Shown here: one piece after another, positions 7,962-13,301 of the stretch | How the letters are laid out: every line of letters starts with the position of its first letter | How positions within the stretch are numbered: the first letter of the stretch is position 1 | Made by a program: the position numbers and the translations under genes | The notes under the pieces: generated by a model | Databases searched by the model: none | Told to the model about the DNA's origin: nothing | The model's input: the letters and a program-made list of their open reading frames with translations, nothing else | NCBI GenBank assembly: GCA_964244895.1 | Contig: CAXTKV010000029.1 | Coordinates: forward strand, 20,747-35,176 | Origin: an uncultured Deinococcales bacterium | Lineage (GTDB): Bacteria > Deinococcota > Deinococci > Deinococcales > JAAFIG01 | Length of the DNA stretch: 14,430 bases | Reading direction: 5' to 3'

Positions 7962-10916
7962 TCAGGCCGAAGCGCGAGCTTTCCGGTACAGGCTGTAGAG
8001 CTTGAAGTTCGAGGCGCGGTAGCGGGCCATCGCGTCTTCGGGCGTGATCCGCAGGGTCGTGGCGGCTTCCGCCATCTTGATGCCCTGCCCGTTGACCAGC
8101 TTCAGCAGTTGCGCGGTCGTCGGGTCGAACTGCGTGGCGAAAGGCTCGAGGTCGCTCCAGAGCGGTTTCTCGGATGAGGTTTTGGCGGCTTTGGCGGTCT
8201 TGGCCAGTTTCGTAGTCTTGGCGGTTTTCGTGGCCGTGCGTTTGCGCGCGTTGGCGGGTTTGCTGCCGGGTTTCTTCGCGCCGGTTCCAGCTTTCGAGAC
8301 CGTCTTGGCGGCGGGTTTGGTGGCTCGAGCCGTGGTCTTCTTCTCGCCGGTTTTGGCTTTCGGTGGCTTGCCGCGCTCGTCCATCAGGTCGCGGGCGCGT
8401 TCGGCGGTCATGCCGGTGACGTTGTCGTTGGCGCGCAACCAGGCGTTCATCTCGCCGTCCGTCAGGTACGGCCCGAAGCGACCGTCACGCAGTTCGATCG
8501 GTTTGCGGTCGGGGTATTCGTAGATGCCCATCGGGGGTTTGGGCTGGTTGCGTCCGCGCGTTTTGGGTTGCGCGAACACGTCTTTGGCTTCGTCGATCGT
8601 GATGGTGAAGAGTTGATCGTGGCTGGTCAGGCTGCGCGAGTCGCCCTTGCCATCCTGCGCGCCCTTTTTGATGTATGGCCCGAACTTGCCGTTGTAGGCC
8701 CAGACTTCCTCGCCGTCGATCTGTCCGACTTCTCTCGGCAAGGACAGGAGTTGCAGCGCGCGCTCCAGGGTCAGATCCTCGAGCTTATCGCCGGGCAAGA
8801 GGCTGGCGTTTTTCGCGCCAGCCTGACCGACTTCGCCCAAGGCCACGTAAGGCCCGAAGCGACCGGATTTCGCATAGATCTGGAGTTGCGTCGCGGGATC
8901 GGTGCCGATGACGTGCTCGGACGCGCGAGCCTCCAGGAGTTCCTCGGCTTTTTCCAGCGTCAGTTCGTCCGGCGCGAGGTCGTCGGGGATGTTGCCCTTC
9001 GCGCCCTCGCCGCGCTGCATGAACACGCCGTAGCGTCCGACGCGCACCTCGATGCCGCTGCCGACCAGCCGTGGCACCGGGATCGTGGCGACCTCGCGGG
9101 CGTCGATCGTCTCGAGGCGCGTCTCGATCATGGGTTTCAGGCCAGGTTCGGCGGTTTCACCGAAGTAAAAGTGGTTCAGGTACGGTGTGCGCTTGGCGGT
9201 TCCCCTGGAAATCTCGTCCAGGTCTTCTTCCATCTGCGCGGTGAAGCCGTAATCGACCAGCTTGCCGAAGTGCTTTTCCAAGAGCGTGATCGTGGAAAAA
9301 GCCGTGAAGGTCGGCACCAGCGCAGACCCGCGCTTGACGACGTAACCGCGATCCTGGATCGTCTGGATGATGCTGGCGTAGGTGCTGGGCCTGCCGATGC
9401 CTTTTTCCTCGAGTCCCTGCACCAGGGACGCTTCCGTGAAGCGCGCCGGGGCTTGCGTGCTGTGGCCTTTGGGCTCGAGCGCGCGGTCGGTGATGCCATC
9501 GCCCTCGCGCATAGCGGGCAGGATCACTTCGCGGTCTTCCAGGGCGGCCTCGGGGTCGTCGGAACCTTCGACGTAGGCGCGCAGAAAGCCGGGAAATTCG
9601 ATGGTCTTGCCGCTCGCGGAAAAAACGGCTGCGCGGTTGTCCTTCGACTGGCCCGCGATGCGCACCGAAAGGCGCTTGCCGCGCGCGTCCGCCATCTGGG
9701 ATGCGATCGTGCGCTTCCAGATCAGGTCGTAAAGCTTGTACTCGTCGTCGCCCAGTTCCGCGCGGAGTTGCTGCGGCGTGCGAAAGCTGTCCCCGGCTGG
9801 GCGGATGGCTTCGTGCGCTTCCTGGGCATTCTTGACCTTGTTGCTGTACTGGCGCGGGCTGGGCGAGAGGAACGCCTCGCCGTACAGGTCCTTGACCTGC
9901 GTACGGGCCGCGTTGATCGCCTCGCTGGATAAGGTGGTCGAGTCGGTGCGCATGTAGGTGATGTAACCGCCCTCGTAGAGCCTCTGCGCGGTGCGCATGG
10001 TGCGTTGCGCGCCGAAGTTGAGCTTGCGGTTGCCCTCCTGTTGCAGCGTGGACGTAATAAAAGGAGCGTACGGGCGCTGGGTGAAGGGTTTTTCTTCAGT
10101 GGACAGCACCTTGAAATCTGCGCCCGCCAACGCCGCCGCCAGGTCTCGAGATTCTTCTTCGTTCAGTCGGACGACCTTGCCTTCGCCGATGAACTTGCCG
10201 AGCGTGTCGAAATCCTTGCCCGTCGCCAGACGTTTACCCTCGAGTTCCACCAGTCCAGCCTGGAAGGTTTCCTTGGATTTCGTCAGGAACGTGCCTTCCA
10301 GATCCCACCAGTCGGCGGGCACGAAAGCCATGCGGTCGCGCTCGCGCTGCACCAGCAAGCGGGTCGCCACGGATTGCACGCGACCGGCGGACAGGCCCGT
10401 GCGCACTTTCTTCCACAGCACCGGGGAAACCTCGTAGCCGTACAAGCGATCCAGCGCGCGGCGCGTCTCCTGGGCCTGCACCAGGTTTTCGTCTATAGAT
10501 CGCGGGTTCAAAATAGCGGCCTGGATGGCTTCCTTGGTGATCTCGTGGAAGACCATGCGCTTGACCGGAACCTTGGGTTTGAGTTCGTCCGCCAGGTGCC
10601 AGGCGATGGCCTCGCCCTCGCGATCCTCGTCGGTCGCCAGAACGACCTCGCTGGCATCCTTGACGAGCGCGCGCAACTTGGCGATCTGCTGGCGCTTATC
10701 CGCAGGCACGATGTACAACGGCGCGAACCCGTGATCCACGTCCAATCCCAATCGCGCCCAGGATTGATCCTTGTACTTGGCCGGAATTTCCTCGGCGTTG
10801 CGCGGCAGATCGCGGATGTGACCGATGCTGGATTCGACGACGTAATCGCGCCCCAGGAACTTCGAGATGGTTTTCGCCTTGGCGGGCGATTCCACGATGA
10901 TCAATGTCTTGGACAA
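7962..10916 (-). CDS. topA: DNA topoisomerase I (type IA)
   Basis: TOPRIM motifs LIIVESPAKAKTI and ATDEDREGEAI, SAGRVQS, and catalytic GYITYMRTDS. C-terminal G(R/K)(F/Y)G repeats replace zinc fingers, followed by a Lys/Ala/Thr-rich tail. Start set at TTG 10916 (MSKTLIIVES, GGAGGG SD 7 nt upstream). An alternative leaderless GTG start at 10985 is possible. Confidence 0.97.
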   Translation of the reverse strand: MSKTLIIVESPAKAKTISKFLGRDYVVESSIGHIRDLPRNAEEIPAKYKDQSWARLGLDVDHGFAPLYIVPADKRQQIAKLRALVKDASEVVLATDEDREGEAIAWHLADELKPKVPVKRMVFHEITKEAIQAAILNPRSIDENLVQAQETRRALDRLYGYEVSPVLWKKVRTGLSAGRVQSVATRLLVQRERDRMAFVPADWWDLEGTFLTKSKETFQAGLVELEGKRLATGKDFDTLGKFIGEGKVVRLNEEESRDLAAALAGADFKVLSTEEKPFTQRPYAPFITSTLQQEGNRKLNFGAQRTMRTAQRLYEGGYITYMRTDSTTLSSEAINAARTQVKDLYGEAFLSPSPRQYSNKVKNAQEAHEAIRPAGDSFRTPQQLRAELGDDEYKLYDLIWKRTIASQMADARGKRLSVRIAGQSKDNRAAVFSASGKTIEFPGFLRAYVEGSDDPEAALEDREVILPAMREGDGITDRALEPKGHSTQAPARFTEASLVQGLEEKGIGRPSTYASIIQTIQDRGYVVKRGSALVPTFTAFSTITLLEKHFGKLVDYGFTAQMEEDLDEISRGTAKRTPYLNHFYFGETAEPGLKPMIETRLETIDAREVATIPVPRLVGSGIEVRVGRYGVFMQRGEGAKGNIPDDLAPDELTLEKAEELLEARASEHVIGTDPATQLQIYAKSGRFGPYVALGEVGQAGAKNASLLPGDKLEDLTLERALQLLSLPREVGQIDGEEVWAYNGKFGPYIKKGAQDGKGDSRSLTSHDQLFTITIDEAKDVFAQPKTRGRNQPKPPMGIYEYPDRKPIELRDGRFGPYLTDGEMNAWLRANDNVTGMTAERARDLMDERGKPPKAKTGEKKTTARATKPAAKTVSKAGTGAKKPGSKPANARKRTATKTAKTTKLAKTAKAAKTSSEKPLWSDLEPFATQFDPTTAQLLKLVNGQGIKMAEAATTLRITPEDAMARYRASNFKLYSLYRKARASA

Positions 10917-10991
10917 AAGCCTGCCCTCCGAATGCGCGAGACCGTCTAATGCTGGCGCTGGAACGCCATCCAGCGTCCCGTTCACCGGGGT

Positions 10992-11000
10992 AGGCTAGCA
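10992..11000 (-). promoter_or_regulatory. extended -10 box (TGcTAGCCT) of the topA promoter
   Basis: TGCTAGCCT-accccg-GTG(10985); same hexamer and 6-nt spacing as upstream of ugpA. Confidence 0.6.
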
Positions 11001-11057
11001 CACGCGACAATAGGCTCAGCCCGGCAGTTCACAATTCTGCCGTTCAGCACGTCTCAA

Positions 11058-11082
11058 ACGGGATTTCTTTAGGCAATCCCGT
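11058..11082. terminator. terminator-like hairpin
   Basis: acgggatt / aatcccgt 8-bp inverted repeat with only short T runs on either strand. Lies upstream of the topA promoter. Confidence 0.35.
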
Positions 11083-11158
11083 CTTTGTGGTCGAGATTTC
11101 CGTGTGATGCTCGAGGTGAATGCTCGAGCCTGACGGCCTCGACTGCGGCTCGAGGAAA

Positions 11159-11326
11159 AGGAGCACCGTCCAGCACGCGAATCCTAGAATGCGTGCTGAA
11201 GCGCGAATAGCCCGTGAGGTGCTGTCCTATGAGCAAGAAGCGCGAATAGCCCGTGAGGTGCTGTCCTATGAGCAAGAAGCGCGAATAGCCCGTGAGGTGT
11301 CGTCCTATGAGCAGAACGGTGTTCTT
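11159..11326. repeat. 52-bp dyad element, copy 5, right arm interrupted by a 116-bp tandem array
   Basis: aggagcaccgtccagcacgc-gaatcctagaat-gcgtgctg[116 bp]aacggtgttctt; removing the insert restores exactly 52 bp. Confidence 0.85.
11198..11313. repeat. tandem direct repeat, 3 x 39 bp
   Basis: gaagcgcgaatagcccgtgaggtgctgtcctatgagcaa at 11198-11236 and 11237-11275 (identical). The third copy at 11276-11313 has ct>tc and is one base shorter. No spacers. Confidence 0.95.
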
Positions 11327-11807
11327 GGGTAAACACGAACGGCTTTTACCGATGCTTGCGCCACCTGGGGATACCGCTGTGCCGAGTCCGTCGCCAGTGC
11401 CTTTTGCGCATCTTGATCGAGGACAGGAAAAGAATCACGGGGCTCCTGTAGGCGCGAAGGTTGTCTTCGCAGGAGCCCCGTTCCGATTGGCTGCGTTTCC
11501 CAGGTCGAGCAAGGAACCACCTCCCAAAGTATTTCTGCTTTTAAAATAGCACCTCCCTGTCAGGAATATGTTTTGCAATGACCAAAAGCGCGCGCTCGAG
11601 ACGCACGATTCGAGAACGATCGTGAAGTATTGCGCCCCGGACGGTCTCTCGATTCAGGGCAACGCGAATACCATTTTGGATGCCACTTTTTAGGGCACAC
11701 GAGACGGGTCATCCAGACTTTCGAGCCCCTCCTCGAGAACGCAATCAGTTCCAACCCCGAGAACGCGATTCATGCCTCGAGCGCCATTCGTCCCACCTGC
11801 AACCCGA

Positions 11808-11813
11808 TATTCT
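11808..11813 (+). promoter_or_regulatory. -10 box (TATTCT) of a probable leaderless promoter for the AAA ATPase
   Basis: TATTCT-gccaatc-GTG(11821); no SD. Confidence 0.5.
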
Positions 11814-11820
11814 GCCAATC

Positions 11821-12858
11821 GTGAACGTCACGCCGAACCAGGCCGCCCGCATCCTGGAGCGATTGCTGAACGCAGGAACAGATGCGCCGCCCGTGTACCT
11901 GGAAGGGCCGCCCGGCGTGGGCAAGTCCAGCGTGGTGCATCAGGTCGCGCAAAAGCTGGGCTTGGACGTGACCGACGTGCGAGCCGCGTACCTGACGCCG
12001 CCCGACCTGATCGGCCTTCCGGCGCTGGAACGTGACACCGGGCGCACGACGTATTTCCTGCCGGAATTCCTGCCGCTTGAAGGCACATCCGGGGTGCTGG
12101 TGCTCGAGGAACTCGCGTCCGCGCCGCCCGCGATTCAGGTCGCGCTCTACCAGTTGCTGCTGGATCGGCGCGTCGGCTGGCGATACAAACTGCCGGACGG
12201 CTGGCGCGTGATCGCCACGGGCAACCGCCTGGAGGACGGCTGGACGCACCCGCTCTCCCCTGCCCTGGCGACGCGTTTGCTGCGGTTGGAGGTGCGGGCC
12301 GACCTGGATGAATTTCTGCAGTTCGGGCTCGAGCGCGGCGTGCATCCGATGGTCGCGGCCTTCCTGAGCCGCAACCCGCAGCTCCTGCATCAGCCGCTGG
12401 AAAATTCCCCGCACCACCCGAACCCGAGAACCTGGGCGATGGCCAGCACCGTGCTGAAGGCATTCGATGGCGATCTGGATTCGTTGGATCTCGAGCCCGC
12501 GCTGGCTGGCGTGCTGGGCGACGGTGCGGCGCGCGCCTTCACGGCTTTCTTGAAACTGGCCGCTTTCGTGCCGGACGTGGAAAACGTGCTGGAACGCGGC
12601 GTGTTGCCTCGCGGGCTGCCCAAACTTTCCGAGCGTCCCGACGTGGTGTACGCGTACTCCAGTTCCCTGGTGAGCGCGCTGGCCGCCAAAATCACGCCCG
12701 CTCGGGTTCGCAATTTTGCCCGCGCCATCTCCGAACTCGAGGTCGAAGCCGCGATGCTGGCCGCGCGGCTGGCGCTCAAGCAACGCGGCGTGGACGCGCT
12801 CCTGGCTGGCGTGCCGGAATGGAAAGCCTTCTTCGAGCGCCACCAGGCCGTGTTGTAA
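11821..12858 (+). CDS. MoxR-like / AAA_5 family AAA+ ATPase
   Basis: Walker A GPPGVGKS, DLIGLP, Walker B VLVLEEL, sensor-1 IATGN, Arg finger ALATR, PNPRTW. GTG 11821 lies 7 nt after a TATTCT -10-like box. The ORF-track extension back to 11680 looks non-coding. Confidence 0.88.
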   Translation: MNVTPNQAARILERLLNAGTDAPPVYLEGPPGVGKSSVVHQVAQKLGLDVTDVRAAYLTPPDLIGLPALERDTGRTTYFLPEFLPLEGTSGVLVLEELASAPPAIQVALYQLLLDRRVGWRYKLPDGWRVIATGNRLEDGWTHPLSPALATRLLRLEVRADLDEFLQFGLERGVHPMVAAFLSRNPQLLHQPLENSPHHPNPRTWAMASTVLKAFDGDLDSLDLEPALAGVLGDGAARAFTAFLKLAAFVPDVENVLERGVLPRGLPKLSERPDVVYAYSSSLVSALAAKITPARVRNFARAISELEVEAAMLAARLALKQRGVDALLAGVPEWKAFFERHQAVL

Positions 12859-12907
12859 GGCGGTCGAGACTGGTCAGAAGTAGACCGGTCGGAAACGTCT
12901 CGAGGGA

Positions 12908-12973
12908 AGGGTAAGGACAAGCCCCTACCCCTACAACACCCCGTCCTGTAGGGGCAACCTTGATGGTTGCCCT
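12908..12973. repeat. GTAG-type REP doublet (inverted pair, 13-nt spacer)
   Basis: Minus-strand GTAGGGGTAGGGGCTTGTCCTTACCCT (12908-12934), spacer aacaccccgtcct, plus-strand GTAGGGGCAACCTTGATGGTTGCCCT (12948-12973). Confidence 0.8.
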
Positions 12974-13041
12974 CGCGTGAGCCCGTTCTCGAGACTGACT
13001 GTTGCAGGAAGTCCAGTCAAGGAAGATTGCTGGCGCAGGTC

Positions 13042-13067
13042 GTAGAGGCGAACCTCGTGTTCGCCCT
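13042..13067 (+). repeat. single GTAG-type REP
   Basis: GTAG-AGGCGAAC-CTCGT-GTTCGCCC-T; near-identical to 3516-3541. Confidence 0.75.
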
Positions 13068-13159
13068 CGTGCGGTAACGACCCCTCGAGATTCAACCTGG
13101 AACATCAGCCTTCCCGAAATTCTCGAGACTCGACCCGAGTCTTCAATCCTTTATCTTCA

Positions 13160-13221
13160 ACGAGCACCGTCCAGGACACGCTTTCTCGAGACTCAATTTT
13201 TGCGTGCTGGACGGTGTTCTC
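13160..13221. repeat. dyad element, copy 6 (22-bp spacer variant)
   Basis: acgagcaccgtccaggacac-gctttctcgagactcaattttt-gcgtgctggacggtgttctc. Confidence 0.85.
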
Positions 13222-13301
13222 AGCTTGAGACCCGCTGCTCGAGCCACCGTTCAGGAGCATTTCGCTTTTCCCTCTGACCCCTAACTGCTGTTCTGACCGC
13301 T

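Noticed and set aside
86..10949. Long antisense or alternative-frame ORFs (e.g. 86-1540, 201-1469, 3625-5268, 5896-6789, 8568-9932, 10005-10949)
   Set aside because: Shadow ORFs of real high-GC genes, with no recognisable motifs.
11198..11313. CRISPR array
   Set aside because: The repeats are directly adjacent with no unique spacers, and there are no cas genes in the window.
11120..11332. 70-aa ORF with EARIAREVLSYEQ repeats (and the antisense 11069-11275 ORF)
   Set aside because: Open frames follow from the 39-bp unit being a multiple of 3. The ORF runs through the dyad element and has no convincing start signals.
11495..11525. SRP RNA, tmRNA or RNase P RNA in the topA-AAA gap
   Set aside because: ccaggtcgagcaaggaaccacc only loosely resembles the SRP domain IV motif. 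I see no tmRNA ends or tag and no RNase P GAGGAAAGUCC.
11770..12843. 357-aa minus-strand ORF
   Set aside because: Antisense shadow of the AAA ATPase, which carries all the recognisable motifs.
12868..12890. Intrinsic terminator after the AAA gene (gactggtc/gaccggtc)
   Set aside because: The hairpin is possible but has no U-tract, so it cannot be supported as a terminator.
101..13221. Integron attC cassette array interpretation of the dyad elements
   Set aside because: No RYYYAAC/GTTRRRY cores and no integrase. The intervening units include core genes (topA), multi-gene operons and both orientations.
3290..13277. Small ORFs sharing ENTVQ(H/D)A, LDGVL or WTVFS peptides
   Set aside because: These are translations of the dyad arms in different frames and strands, not a protein family.
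13268..13300. Short heptamer-like tandem repeat after the MATE stop (ctgacccctaactgctgttctgaccgct)
   Set aside because: Too degenerate and short to distinguish from chance.
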